Shown: positions 26,506 through 41,168 of the stretch, one piece after another
Position numbering within the stretch: position 1 is the stretch's first letter
Layout: the number at the start of each line of letters is the position of its first letter
Source of the DNA: the human T2T-CHM13v2.0 reference genome, Homo sapiens
Strand: one strand, 5' to 3'
Assembly: GCF_009914755.1 (NCBI RefSeq)
Contig: NC_060928.1
DNA: 64,000 nucleotides
Program-made: the position numbers and the translations under genes
The notes under the pieces: model-generated
What the model was told of the DNA's origin: nothing
What the model saw: only the letters and a program-made list of their open reading frames with translations
Databases searched by the model: none

Positions 26506-29500
26506 GTATTATAAAAATATACATAAACATAGACATGTAGAAGGCCTAGACTGATATACAAATATAAAAAATAAACACTGATATTATTTCTAATAGAGGT
26601 TTATGTCTTAACCACATCTATTCTGTGGGAGCAATTCTATTAAGTCAACTTGAGTTTAAAATTGCACAAATGTATTTACTCTTCTTTAATCATCAATTAC
26701 AAAGAAAACAAACTGGTCTTGGATATTTCAGCTAATATTTGACACACAATAGATACAACATATGATAAACAGTGACTATTTTTAGTGCCAGAGCATTTTT
26801 ATATTTGTAATCACACACATATGCCAGTATATGAGCTTTCTTAGAAAATTCACGTGTCTTATAATCGACTGGAATAAAATTATTATTATGAATCAGATAA
26901 TTCACTCAACGGGCCTTGGGAAAATAGACAAACTATAATTTTTCTTTGTAAAGAAAGATCAGAAGGGGAATGTTTTAAGGATAATTAGCACCCAGGGGGT
27001 TCCTTGTACTAAATAGGACACATCTTCAGAAATAGGGCACCACATTTGAAAATAACACTTTCCAAAGACATTCTAGGAAAATCCTACACAGTCAACAACA
27101 GCAGAAGTATCCTATATTTTATAAGTAATCTGTGAAGAGAGTTTACAAATGTATCGGTGACAAGAGCAAATATTTACCAGTATCTATCAAGAAGACCATA
27201 ACCTATTTAGGTTAACCACAGTGACTAGAATTTATCTTGCCACTGGAATGTAAGAGAACGTAAGATAATCTAATACAACTGCAAGTCACTCAACTATGCA
27301 GGAATGAGTGACAGACTTTCTGTGTTCTTATGAATCAGGCGTAGCTGGTATCATATCACCTAGAGTGTTGTAAGTCAAATAAAAGAAATCTATTGACAGT
27401 GAATTTTTAGGGCTCTCTAGGGAAGATTATGCATGGAATGATCACATTAGCATTGATGCCTATTTAGCCAGGATGGTGTTGTTTGCATTAGAATCTTTTG
27501 TTTGATAAGTATCATATTGCTGATCACCTCTTACCTGGGGTAGAGACATTTTAAGTATAATTATTCAGGAAAATTTTTTATTACTGAAAAATTTAGCAGC
27601 AATAGAATTTTTTACACCACTGTGAGAAAACATGAGGGACACAGCTTTAAAACAAATTTTAAAAAGGAAGCGAGAAAGAGGAGAGAGAGCTAGAGAGACT
27701 TTAAATAGTTAATGAGACTATTATAAATGTTTAAGTGCTGCAAATAGAAATACTGAGATGCATACTTAAATTGTGTAAAATCAATGATAAAGGAGTGCAA
27801 GCAAAATCAATGATCAAGGAGTGCAAATGATGTTTGATATATCATACACACATTCAATAAAGAATCAGGAAGATAGAAGAGGCCCAGCATACATACACTT
27901 CTCAACACCACTTATTACTAAGGGTTAATAAGTAGATGATGGGAAGAGACTGGAGGTGTTTCAGAACCTCCCACTACATTCCTCACTCAGAACACAGGAA
28001 AACACACGTGTACATGCACACACAAATTCATATATATATATATGTATATATATATATGCATAAAATATAACTCCATGTTTAATTGCTTTGTAAACCTCAT
28101 AGAATACTTGTTATAATGTGGGTTTGGTGATTCTCAGTCTTTACTGGGAACACTATAACGTCTGGAATAAAATTATTATTTTGGGTACCACTGCACATAA
28201 ATATTTTAATGGGAAGAGCCTTAACTGTCAATTATTGGTTTTTGTTTCCTAGGCAAGTAGCTGCAGTAATTAGTTCTCCCGACTCAGAATGATAAACAAT
28301 TAGGATCATCCAAAAGCCATGACTCTGATTCAATCTCCACTAGGAGAATGTCTACATATAGGCCTTTCCATATGATAAGTGCAGTAAGCAACACATTTAA
28401 TTAGTTTGATTTCAAGCCACAGAATATGATCATGTAAAGGTAAATGATAAAATTAAAAACCTGGATAAGAGCCTGTCCTGAAGGCAACTGTGCAAAAGAA
28501 TAAGAGTCTTTCTCTCACGTAGTTTAGGTTAAGTAGCAACCAGTCAATCTCTCTCTCTCTCTTTTTTTCTCTCTCTCCTGCCTTTCTGTATTTCTCAAAG
28601 TCTCTTACTAGCAATACTAAAAACATGTGTGCTTAGATATACTTGGATAAAAGCAAATCCCAATTTATTGAATTCCACTTCAAAATTCTAGGTCAGCACT
28701 TCTTAAAAATGGCAAAATAACCCATTTCAGTAGATGTTTAAATATAATGCCAAGAGTGCCTTGAGCAATACGTTTGTTGAAGATTAAAGTGAAATAAATT
28801 TCCTTTGTAGTGTGCAGGATCCCGATTGCCCTTCCTGTGCTATTTATGTGTGGCTCTCTCCAGCCAGGTGCTCCAATAGGCAGCACTTCCCTGAAGAACT
28901 GACCTCTGAACTCATGCTGGTCATCCACAACATACTGGGGTTCCTAAGAGCCTGATTAGACATTTCCTTTTCTGATTGGACATTTTAACTGCAATCTGTG
29001 TTGCAATGAAAACTTCAGGAAAGTCCCTACAAAGTAGAGTTTTTTGGCAGCAGCTGCAAATTTTTTCAACATTTGTCTGGTGTGGGATTCCTCTTCACAC
29101 TCTTCCTTTTGCTTTTCTATATTATAATAATTTGCTTTTACATCTGTGGATCCATTAGCTCCACTTTAGCAATCCCCAGATAGTATTTTATTCCCTTTTG
29201 CCCTTCTAGAAATTTACAGTGTATCCTAGCAAATCTGAATGATGGCATTTTGTTCAATAGATATTTTGCTTAATCAAATTAAGTTTTTCCTTGGCACTTT
29301 TAGTTGGCTGTATTTTTTAGCACAGCAATTTAAATGATGCTTAAGTGTGTATAAATTCAGGAGTTCATGCAGCAAGTAGGTTCAGATTGGATCAAAAGAC
29401 AGAAATAGAAGCCTAGAAAATAAGTGCAGTAATTAAATTTAGAAAAAGCAGGTGGGAAGTAGGCTTCCTACTCGATGAACTTGATATGGCTTTTGTGCCT

Positions 29501-30113
29501 TGGGATGTTTGAAGGTAACCAAGTTAGGAGTCTTGGAAAGAAAAAAAAATAAAAAATAGGAAGCCAGTAAAACTATGAAAAAGACTTGAATGTAGCAAAT
29601 TGAATAAAAAGTAACAAAGAGGGAATGCACCTGTCAAATTCATGGGCTCATACACAAGTGACATGACATTGAGAGAGTATAAGAAAAATAACCAATTTTG
29701 GTTAAGAGTTAGTATTGCTACTAACTTTTTTATCTTACATTACAAAATAATCTAAACTTTAAACATTTTAAGTGTTCTCTTTTACAAATATTTGTCATGT
29801 TTGTTAAATACATAAATATTGGGAAAATGACTTAATCTTCCTGAGTAGCCATTAAAAAGTCAATAAAGTGCTTTGTTAATACTACACAAATCATTTTATT
29901 TGATGATGCTGATTTTTCCCCTTTTCTAGCAGATAAGTCAAGTAAAAATGAAGATTGAACTAAATCCTTATCATTATTTTTCTTTCAAGAGCTTTCAACA
30001 AGCATTTACTATTTATCACATAACTTTTATGTTTACTCATTGGTTTTATTTGTATTATCATTTACAATTTGTGGTCACAAATATTATAATTTTTATATAC
30101 TTAAAATTATTCC

Positions 30114-33100
30114 TTCAAATTCAGGAAATACAGAGAATACCACTAAGATAATCCTCAAGAAGAACAACCTGTAGACACATAATCGTCAGATTCTCCAAGT
30201 TTGAAATGAAGGAAAAAATGTTAAGGGCAGCCAGAGAGAAAGGTCAGATTACCTACAAAGTGAAGCCCATCAGACTAACAGTGGATCTCTCTGCCGAAAC
30301 CCTACAAGCCAAAAGAGAGTGGGGGTCAATATTCAACATTCTTAAAGAAAACAATTTTCAACCCAGAATTTCATATCCAGCCAAACTAAGCTTCATAAGC
30401 AAAGGAGAAATAAAATCCTTTACAGACAAGCAAATGCTGAGGGATTTTGTACCACCAGGCCTGCCTTACAAGAGCTCCTGAATATGGAAAGGAGCTCTTT
30501 CCATATTCACATCCACTAAACATGGAAAGGAAAAACCACTACCAGCCACTGCAAAAACACACCAAAATACAAAGACCAATGACATTATAAAGAAATTGCA
30601 TCAACGAATGTGCAAAATAACCAGATGGCATCATGATGATAGGATCAAATTCATACATAACAATATTAACCTTAAATGTAAATGGGCCAAATGCCCCAAT
30701 TAAAAGATAGAGACTGGCAAATTGGATAAAGAGTCAAGACCCATCAGTGGGCTGTATTCAGGAGACTCATCTCACATTCAAAGACACACATAGACTTAAA
30801 AATAAAGTGATGGAGGAATATTTACCAAGCAAATGGAAAGCAAAAAAAAAGCAGGGGTTGCAATCCTAGTCTCTGATAAAACAGACTTTAAACCAACAAA
30901 GATCAAAAAAGACAAAGGCAGAACATAATGGTAAAGGGATCAATGCAACAAGAAGAGCTAACTATCCTAAATATATATGCATCCAATACAGGAGCACTCA
31001 GATTCATAAAGCAAGTTCTTAGAGACCTGCAAAGAGACTTAGACTCCTACACAATAATAGTGAGAGACTTTAAGACCTGACTGTCAATATTAGACAAATC
31101 AATGAGGCAGAAAATTAAGTAGGATATTCAGGATTTGAACTCAGCTCTGGACCAAGCAGAACTAATAGATATCTACAGAACTCTCCACCCCAAATCAACA
31201 GAATATACATTCTTCTCAGCACCACACAGCACATATTCTAAAATTGACCACACAATTGGAAGTAAAACACTTCTCAGCAAATGCAAAAGAATGGAAATTG
31301 TAACCGTCTCTCAGACCACAGTGCAATCAAATTAGAACTCAAGATTAAGAAATTCACTCAAAACCACACAACTACATGGAAATTGAACAACCTGCTCTTG
31401 AATGACTGCTGGGTAAATAACAAAATTAAGGCAGAAATAATGAAGTTATTTGAAACCAATGAGAACAAAGAGACAACGTACCAGAATCTCTAGGACACAG
31501 CTAAAGCAGTGTTAAGAGGGAAATTTATAGCATTAAATGCCCATATCAGAAGGCTGGAAAGATCTGAAATTGACACACTGGACATCACGGTTAAAAGAAC
31601 TAGAGAAGCAAAAGCAAACAATTTCAAAAGCTAGCAGAAGACAAGAAATAGCTAAGATCAGGGAAGAACTGAAGGAGATAGAGACACGAAAAACCTTTCA
31701 AAACATCCATGAATCTAGAAGCCTGTTTTTGTAAAAGATTAACAAAATACATAGACCATTAGCAAGAATAATAAAGAAGAAAAGAGAGAAGAATCAAATA
31801 GACACAATAAAAATGATAAAGGGGAGATCACCACTGATCCCACAGAAATACAAACTACCATCAGAGAATGCTATAAACACCTCTACACAAATAAACGAGA
31901 AAATCTAGAAGAAATGAATAAATTCCTGCACACATACAACCTCCCAAGACTAAACCAGGAAGAAGTCAAATCCCTGAATAGACCAATAACAAGTTCTGAA
32001 ATTGAGGCAGTAATTAATAGCCTACCAACAAAAAAAAAGCTCAGGACCAGATGGATTCACAGCCAAATTCTACCAGAGGTACAAAGAGGATCTGGTACCA
32101 TTCCTTCTGAAATTCTTCCAAATGAAAGAAAAAGAGGGAGCCCTCCCTAACTTATTTTATGAGGCCAGCATCACCCTGATACCAAAACCTGGCAGACACA
32201 TAACAAAAAAAGAAAATTCCAGGCCAATATCCCTGATGAATATTGACGCAAAAATCCCTAATAAAACACTGGCAAGCCAAACCCAGCAGCACATCAAAAA
32301 GCTTATCCACCACAACCAAGTCGGCTTCATCCCTAGGATGCAAGGCTGGTTCAACATACAAATCAATAAAAGTAATCTATCACATAAACAGAACCAATGA
32401 CAAAAACCACATGATTATCTCAATAGATGCAGAAAAGGCCTTCGATAAAATTCAACATTCTTTCATGCTAAAAACTCTCAATAAACCAGGTATTGATGGA
32501 ACATATTTCAAAATAATAAGAGCTATTTATGACAAACCTATAGCCAATATCAAATTGAATGGGCAATAGCTGGAAGAATTCCCTTTGAAACCGGCACAAG
32601 ACAAAGATGCCCTCTCTCACCACTCCTATTCAACATAGTATTGGAAACTCTGGCCAGGGCAATGAGGCAAGAGAAAGAAATAAAGTTTTTCAAATATAAA
32701 GAGAGGAAGTCAAAGTGTCTCTGTTTGCAGATGACATGATTGTATATTTAGAAAACCCTACCATCTCAGGCCAAAAACTCCTTAAACTGATAAGCAACTT
32801 CAGCAAAGTCTCAGGATAGAAAACCAATGTGCAAAAATCACAAGCATTCCTATACACCAATAACAGACAAACAGAGAGCCAAATCATGAGTGAACTCCCA
32901 TTCACAATTGCTACAAAGGGAATAAAATACCTAGGAATACAACTTACAAGGGACATAAAGGACCTCTTCAAGGAGAACTACAAACCACAGCTCAAGGAAA
33001 TAAGAGAGGACACAAACAAATGGAAAAACATTCCATGCTCATGGATAGGAAGAATCAATATCATGAAAATGGCCATATTGCCCAAAGTGATTTACAGATT

Positions 33101-33874
33101 CAATGCTATCCCCATCATGCTACCATTGGCTTTCTTCACAGAATTAGAAAAAACTACTTTAAATTTCATATGGAACTAAAGAAGACCCCTTATAGCCAAG
33201 ACAGTCCTAAACAAAAGAACAAAGCTGGAGGCATCATTGCTACCTGACTTCACAGAATACTGCAAGGCTATGGTAACCAAAACAGCATGGTACTGGTACC
33301 AAGACAGATATATAGACCAATGCAACAGAACAGGGGCCTCAGAAATAACACCACACATCTACAACCATCTGATCTTCAATAAACCCTACAAAAACAAGCA
33401 ATGGGGAAAGGATTCCCTATTTAATAAATGGTGCTGGGAAAACTGGCTAGCCATATGCAGAAAACAGAAACTGGACCTCTTCCTCACACCTTATACAAAA
33501 ATTATCTCAAGATGGATTAAAGACTTAAGTGTAAAACCTAAAACCATAAAAACCCTAGAAGAAAACCTAGGCAATACCATTCAGGACATAGAAATGGGCA
33601 AAGACTTCATGACTAAAACCCCAAAAGCAATTGCAGCAAAAGCCAAAATTGACAAATGGGATCTAATTAAACTAAAGAGCTTCTGCACAGCAAAAGAAAC
33701 TATCATCAGAGTGAACAGGCAAACTTCAGAATGGGAGAAAATGTTTTCAATCTATCTATCTGACAAATGTCTAATATCCAGAGTCTACAAGGAACTTAAA
33801 CAAATTTACAAGAAAAAAGAAAATGACTCAATCAAAAAGTGGGCAAAGGATATGAACAGACACTTCTCAAAAGA
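30114..33874 (+). mobile_element. L1PA (about PA7-PA10 age) internal segment: 3' half of ORF1, spacer and most of ORF2; truncated at both ends
   Basis: ORF fragments MKEKMLRAAREKG (ORF1), endonuclease, RT ([11 protein letters not shown]; tttgcagatgacatg = FADDM) and [15 protein letters not shown]; many stops and frameshifts; ends at cacttctcaaaaga with no 3'UTR or A tail. Confidence 0.95.
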
Positions 33875-35383
33875 GAAGTAAGATGGAGTATAGTATTAAC
33901 TTATGATCAAACTAGGAGTCTGGTTGACAACTTTTATGAAAATTGAGTATTTCAAAAGGATATACTCCGGAAAGTATTATATTTCCAATCAGAAATGAGC
34001 TAATGAAATACCTGCAAATATAAATAGGTTTCTCTATTGAAAATCATTTTTAATCTTCATGAATGCATTATTACCTCATCAACTCCATATTGCATGTCCG
34101 TGTTATTTCTAGGTTGAAATACTTCAAGATAAATATAGTTAAAAACATGATCCTTAAAACAAATTATTTATCGTACACAAAACTGAGCTTCTGAATAAAT
34201 ATAATCATGAATACTTCAGTTCTAACTAAATTAGACCATGACTCTGGAGCTACTAAGAGCAAACAAATTGAACCTTCCTCTCTGCAAGCTTAACCTAAGT
34301 TAGAAGCCCCATATAAGAAGAGTAAAGAAGACATCTGATGAAGGCATCATTTTAATGCACAGTTTGCAGAATTGAGAGTGAAGTGATTTAGTGAGATTCT
34401 GTGGAATAACACAGTCTACAGTCTTATTTCAAATTACTGTTTCCTCTGACATTCTGGATGAATATCACAATAATAATAACTATAAAGATAATAATGATAA
34501 TAATTTCTCGGATAAAGTGATGGAAGTTATTTTTATATTTTCCATCCATAAAGTTTTAATATGCATGAGAAAGAGATAGAGAAGAGTGTTCCATACTCGT
34601 GAGAAAAAGAAAATGTTATTTAAAATTATAGGATATAATGGACAGGTTTCAGTACAAATGAAGTCTGAGTTTAAGCTACTATGATTATCATAAAACAGTC
34701 ACTATTATTATTTAATAAGTAATCACATGTTGAGATGAATGGTTTATAAGCATAATACACTAGAAATGAATTCCCTAATTTTGGAAAAGTTATTTGGCTA
34801 AATTTTAAATGATTATTGACTAATGAATTATATTAAATAAGTAAAAATAATTAATTACAGGTAAATTATTTAATGGTTTTAAAGATTAGGCAAATGTGTA
34901 GTATATGCTCATATAAAGGTAATATAAAATAATTATATTTAGGCATAGTTACAAAACATTAATAGTAGGCATATAAATTAGGCCATAAAAGTATTATGAT
35001 GTTTTTAATCTTAAGTACCAGATACTAATTTGTGAAAGGAAAAACTGAAATTGAGAAACACATTATGTTGAAGTAAAAATATTCTTGACTGCCAACATAT
35101 ATATGTTCCAGAAAAAAAGTTTGTTTTAAATTTAATTTAAATTTAATTACTTTTATATGTATATAGTATATGTATATGGTACATCTACCATTTGATTTGT
35201 TGGATTAAGAAATAAATGGCATTATTTTAAAAATAAGTTTTGAGAATTTAAACTTCTTTATTTCCATTTCAGTTGTAATTTTAAGGAAATAAATTAGCTA
35301 ACTGCAAACCACTATATAATTTTGAGTTTTTGTTGTTTCTTGCTACTCTAGTTACACATTCTGGAAGCAAAATTTAAAAATTA

Positions 35384-35700
35384 CCCAGGTGCCATGGCTC
35401 ACACATGTAATCGCAACAATTTGGGAGGCTGAGATGGTGAGATGGGAGGATCACATGAGACCGGGAGTTTGAAACCAGCCTGTGCAACATAGCAAGACCT
35501 TATCTCTACAAAAAAAAAGAAAAGAAAAGAAAAAAAAAAACCTAGGCATGGGGGCACAGGCCTGCAACTGTAGCTAATCAGGAGGCTGGGGTGGGAGGAT
35601 TGCGTAGGCCCAGGAATAGAGGCTATGGTGAGGTATGGTTTATGATTGTGCCAGTGAACTCCACCCTGGGCAACACAGTATGACCCTGTCTCTAAAAAAT
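35384..35700 (+). mobile_element. AluJ (diverged)
   Basis: gggaggatcac, gcaacatagcaagacc, expanded mid A-rich linker. Confidence 0.88.
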
Positions 35701-36830
35701 TAAATCTTACAATGAGTATAAATCTTACACTGAGTGTCACCTGAACTAATTTGGAAGTATGAAGTTGAATTTTCTTAAAACCTATGTCCAGGTAATCTCA
35801 GGAGGATGACCATAGTATTCAAGTATAGATCATAAAATAAATCCAGGAAAACTCACATTTCTCTGAGAAACAGTAATCTAGCTTATGCATACTTTTATCT
35901 ATTTAAACATAAGAAGAAAAGGACAACATTGTTGAAAAAGTCAAACTATATCAATATAATTTTCTTCACTTAATCCCGCGAAAATAAAACAATGGCTACA
36001 TGCTATGTGTACATTTCTCAAACTACTTGGAATCAGGGCCTATTTAAATTAAACGGAATGGTCTCTGGCCAAAATTTACAAAATTTCTCTATTATCTTTT
36101 TTTTCTATGCTATGATGTACTAGCATGATTTTATGTTTAGACATTAGTGGCTTCAACGAAATTTATAGTTTTGATAATCAAGCCTAATTTTTGGAAATAA
36201 AGTTTTAAAGAACTGTATGCTAAGAAAATCAATTAAAACCAAATGTTTAGTTAGATGGGAGAACTGTTGGTGTTTTCATTAATTATTCAGAAAATTACAA
36301 AGCTGCTCCCAGGCTAATGGAGCAGAGCTCTCCATTTGACTCAACTGAGCAACCACAGACAAATGCCTGGGAGGACTCTCTGGTGCCTGATCTTGCAGGA
36401 TCAGCAGGAATAGCTAAAAGGACAGTGCTGCTAATTTCACAAAATGTAAATTGCTGATATGTTGGTCTTTTCAGTTCAAGCAATCAGAGTTAAACACATG
36501 CCAAATTATATAGTCAAAAGTCTTAAAGCAGTAGGCATAAGGCCATCTAAGTAAACCAGGGAAATTAAGATCCTTGGCTCTCCCTTTTCTCTCTCAGAGC
36601 TCCAAACTAAACCCTCAAGGAGCACAGCTTTTTGGCATATTTGTGCTCTTGGTTTCCAGAAAATCTGGGTGAGAAGATAACAATACTATAACATCTACAA
36701 TATTTATATGAAAGAAATGGCACCATGTCTAGTAAAAACAGTTTACACTGAGTCACAGTGCCATCTTTGTATTCAAAAGGCAACTGATAGCATTATACAC
36801 CAGTACATTATGTAATTATAACCAATAGAA

Positions 36831-36833
<3 letters not shown>

Positions 36834-36874
<41 letters not shown>
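36834..36874. repeat. (TG)n microsatellite
   Basis: About 20 uninterrupted TG units. Confidence 0.95.
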
Positions 36875-36877
<3 letters not shown>

Positions 36878-37986
36878 AGATTTACAGTTTTACCTCCAAC
36901 ATGTAAGGAGCTTCAAAGTCATTCCCATACTTATACTAAGAAAACCTGAAGAAACTGGAAAACACTGACTCTTTTGGCACCCTTCAGATAACTGATATTA
37001 TAGGGCAAATCATCACACGAAATCTGGAGAGTCGGGCAATTTCATAGAGATACAGCACCTCGGATTTTTTACTTAAAGCATAAGTTGATGAATGCCATAA
37101 ACAAGTAGAAACACTTAAACAGTAATTTTTATTAATTGCTGGAGGCTGAGTGTGATCCAGCTTGAAACTGAGAAGCTCCTGGGGCTACAATCAAAGGCTC
37201 ACATTTTACAGTTTGTCCTCTAGGAACCCTACGATGTCCTCATGGGGAGGATCTGAGAAAGTTCTCCACATGACCCTGGAAGAAGGAAAGGAAGTGTGGC
37301 TATCATGAAATCTTCTTAGACTATTCTCACTAATGAATCCCTGGTCTTTAGGAGAAGGACTTCACCAGAGGGCAATGCTGGTCCAGTATCCCATTTCAGG
37401 GATGGGAATTCTGCTCTACTCCCATAAAAGAGGGACAGCTGAGATCAGCTTAGTTGGAACCAAAGCTATCAAAGTAATAAGTTGATAGTGGCACTATTAT
37501 AGTTGAAGACTTCAACATTTATCAGTAACTGATAAAGCACAAAAAAATTAGTAAGTGTATCGGGGACCTAAAAAGTGCCACCAATCTTGTCAGTCTAATG
37601 GATATTTACAGAATACTCCATCCCAAACCCAAATTCTTCTAAAATGTGCATGGAACGTTCACCAAGACAGAATACATTCTGGGCCATAAAACACACAATA
37701 AAAATGTAATATAATAAAAACGATATTAAGTATATTCTTAGAACACAAAAGAATAAAACTAGAAATCAATAAGAGAGATAGTTGAAAAAGCCCTAAATAT
37801 TTTATAATTAAACAAAATAATTCTAAGTAACCCACAAGTCAAGATGAAGTCTGAAGAAAAACTAAAAATTACTTAGAGCTAAATGAAAATACAACTCATA
37901 AAAATTTTTGAAACATAAAGAAGTGTTTAGAGGGAAATTTATTGCATTGAATAGATATGTTAGAAAAGAAGATAACCTAAGTTTCC

Positions 37987-38362
37987 TGATATAGTTTGAC
38001 TGTGTCCCCACTCAAATCTCATCTTGAATTATAATCCCCATAATTCCCACATGTCGAGGGAGGGATGTGGTGGGAGGTGATTGGATCATGGGGATGGTAC
38101 CCCCATGCTCTTCTCATGATAGTGAGTAAGTTCTCACAAGATCTGATGGTTTTATAAGCATCTGGCATTACCCCTGCTCACACTTGTCTCTCCTGCCACC
38201 ATGTAAAGAAGGTCCTTGCTTCCCCTTTGCCTTCCATCATGATTGTAAGTTTCCTGAGGCCTCCCCAGCCATGTGGAATCGTGAGTCAATTGAACCTCTT
38301 TCTTGTATAAATTACCCAGTCTGAGGCATTTCTTTATAGCAGTGTGAGAATGGACTAATACA
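37987..38362 (+). mobile_element. THE1 (THE1D-like) solo LTR
   Basis: tgatatagtttgactgtgtcccca...tggactaataca; 5-bp TSD tttcc/attcc. Confidence 0.92.
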
Positions 38363-39255
38363 ATTCCACCTCAAGAGACTAGAGAAAGAAGAAAAAATTA
38401 AATATAAACAAGTAAAAGGAAGAAAATGATAATAAAAAAACAGAAGTCAATGTAACTAAAACAATAAATCAATAAATAAAATCAATGAAACCAAAAGGTG
38501 ATTCTTTGAAAAGATCAATAAAATTGAGAAGCATAGAGATGAATTAACCAAGAAATAAAAAGAGGGCAAAATTAGCAATATTGGGACAGACCAAAGGGTC
38601 GTCACTACTGCTTTCATAGACATTAAAAGGATAACAAGATAGTATTATGAACAGCTATATGCTCATAAATTTGATAATTTTAGTAAAACAAACCATGTCC
38701 TTGGCAGACTCAAACCACCAAAACTCTTTTAAGGAGCAATACATAATCTGAATAACCGTATATCTATTGTAAAAATTGAACACTTGGTTAAAACGTTGCA
38801 AACAAAGAAAAGATCTGCCAAGGTACTTCAGTGGTGAATTCTATGGAACATTTAGAAAAAACAATTACAAATTCTGCACAAAATCTTCCAGAAATTTGAA
38901 GAGAAAGAAACACTACAAATAATATAAGACAGTCTTTGCCCTAATACTAATGCCAGATAAAGACATTACAAGAAAATTACAAACTAAAATATCTTATGAT
39001 ATTTTAGCAAAAAAATATTTAAAAATATTAATAAATTATTTTATATATAAAACAATATAAAAAGAGTAAGCAGTATTCCAAGAAGTAAGCCTGGTTCAGC
39101 ATTAATAAATCAATGCAATGTAACATATTAGAATACCAAATAAGAAAAAAAAATTGAGCATACCAATTGAGGCAGAAAAGTAATTTAACAAAGTTTAATA
39201 CCCACTCTTGACAAAACAAGGTATAAAGAAAAACTTTCTCTATCTAATAAAGGGC

Positions 39256-39281
39256 ACACACACACACAAACACACAAACAT

Positions 39282-39312
<31 letters not shown>
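39256..39312. repeat. (CA)n(TA)n microsatellite
   Basis: Read directly from sequence. Confidence 0.9.
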
Positions 39313-39314
<2 letters not shown>

Positions 39315-39955
39315 ATCTTAAGTATTTTAATTATGACAAACTGAAAAATTTTCCCCTAAGGTTCAGAACAAGAAAAATATCCTCTCATCACTCATATTAA
39401 ACAGTACAGTAAAAGTCCTAGTAGTGTAATAAGACAAGAATGAGTAATAGAATATGTAACAGAAGGTAGAAAGTATACATATAGGATATAGAGAAATAAA
39501 ATTATCTTTATTCACTAACAACATTACTGGCTACATAGAAAATGCTAAAGAATCTACAAAAGTCTCCTGAAATTAATAAGCTAATTTAGCATCGTTGCAG
39601 GATATAAAGTGAGCCTCCTAAACACTAGCAATGACAAACTGAAACTCAAGACGGAAAAACAAAAACAAACTATACATATGGGTATACACATAAACTTATG
39701 TCCATACAAAAACCTGTACATGGATGTTTATAAGAGTTTTACTCACGGTTGCCAAAACTTGGAAGAAACCAAGATATCCTTCAGTATGTAAATGGATAAA
39801 TACAGTGGGGCATTCAGACAAAGCAGTATTCTCCAACACCAAATAGAAATGAGCTATCAAGCCATGAAAGGACATCAAAGAAACTTAAATAAACATCACT
39901 AAGTGAAAGGAGCCAATATGAAAGGCTGCATAGTGTATGATTCTAACTATATGAA

Positions 39956-40398
39956 TGTCTTAGTTATTTTTTTGTTGCTGTAACAGAATACCTGAGATTG
40001 GACAGTTTATTTAAACAAAGAGCTTTATTTGGCTCATGATTCTGGTGGTTGGCAAGTTCAAAATTGGGCATCTGTATCTGGTGAGGGTCTTATGCTGCTT
40101 CAATTCCTGGTGGAATGCAGAAGGGAAGGTGGCATGTGTAAAGCGATCACCTGGTGAAAAAGGAAGCAAGAAAGAGGAACAGGGGAAGGCAGAGTCTTTT
40201 TAACAACCTTCTTTCTCAAGAACTCATCCATCATGGAGAGAGGGAGAGCTCATTCACGCCTTTCGGAGGGCATTAGTCTCCATGAGGGATCTGCTGCTAT
40301 GACCCATATACTTTCCACTAGCCCTCACCTCCCAACACCACCAGACTGGGAATCAAATTTCAACATGAGTTTTGGTGGGGACAAACCAAACCAAAGCA
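39956..40398 (-). mobile_element. MSTB-type MaLR solo LTR
   Basis: tgtcttagt...gctgtaacagaatacctgaga...aaatttcaacatgagttttgg...aaagca; TSD atgaa/atgac. Confidence 0.85.
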
Positions 40399-41168
40399 AT
40401 GACATTCTGGAAAAGAAGAGTGATGAAGAAGTTAAAAAAAAAAAAAAACATCAGTGGTTTCCAGGGCTTGGAGAAGAGAGGGATGAAAAGGTAGAGCACA
40501 AAGTATTTTTATGGCAATGAACTACTTTGTATAATACCACAATGACTGATACTTGTCATTATAAATTTCTCCAAGCCCATAATATGTACAATAACAAGAG
40601 TGAACCTGAATGTAAACTATGAACTTTGGGTGATAATGATATATCAATAGCTTCATCAATTGCAGCAAATGATGCAATTGCAGTATGATGGAGGATGTTG
40701 ATAATGGAAGAGGCTATACATGTGTGGATGTATGGGTTATATGTTAAATCGCTGTACCTTCTGCTCTATATTGTTGTGAACATAAACTGCGGCACAAATA
40801 AAGCCTATTTTAATGAAAATGAAAGTTTTCATTTCAAATACTTATAGGAGATATATATTGGACTTTGAGAATCATAGTGTAGATAAATTCTGATGTCCTT
40901 TCTTTAAGATTCCCTGTTACTACTAAATTAGTTTGATTCCTGACCAATAAATTCATAAACTCAACTCATTTAATTTGAACAATTATTTTCTCTACACTAG
41001 GCACTGTAGATGCTAAGAACATAGGTTGGTAGTTGGGGAAGGGTATAGAACTCAATAGAAACAAAAGGGACAGATTCTAAAGGAAAAAGAGGAAGGCAAA
41101 TTGGCATCAAAGATCTCAAAAGCATGTGGGTATTCACTCAGAAGAAGGAATGGATTTGATAATAATAT

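Larger units (their letters stand above)
36880..40810 (+). mobile_element. Old L1 (L1MC-type 3'UTR) in fragments, interrupted by THE1 and MST LTRs and (CA)n
   Basis: ORF2 motifs (gacttcaaca, tttagagggaaatttattgcattgaa, ttctttgaaaagatcaataaaattga); 3'UTR caagagtgaac...tgtaaactatgaactttgggtgataatgat. Confidence 0.8.

Noticed and set aside
30206-33881. Functional L1 ORF1/ORF2 proteins
   Set aside because: Numerous stops and frameshifts; longest piece 214 aa; no promoter or 3' end.
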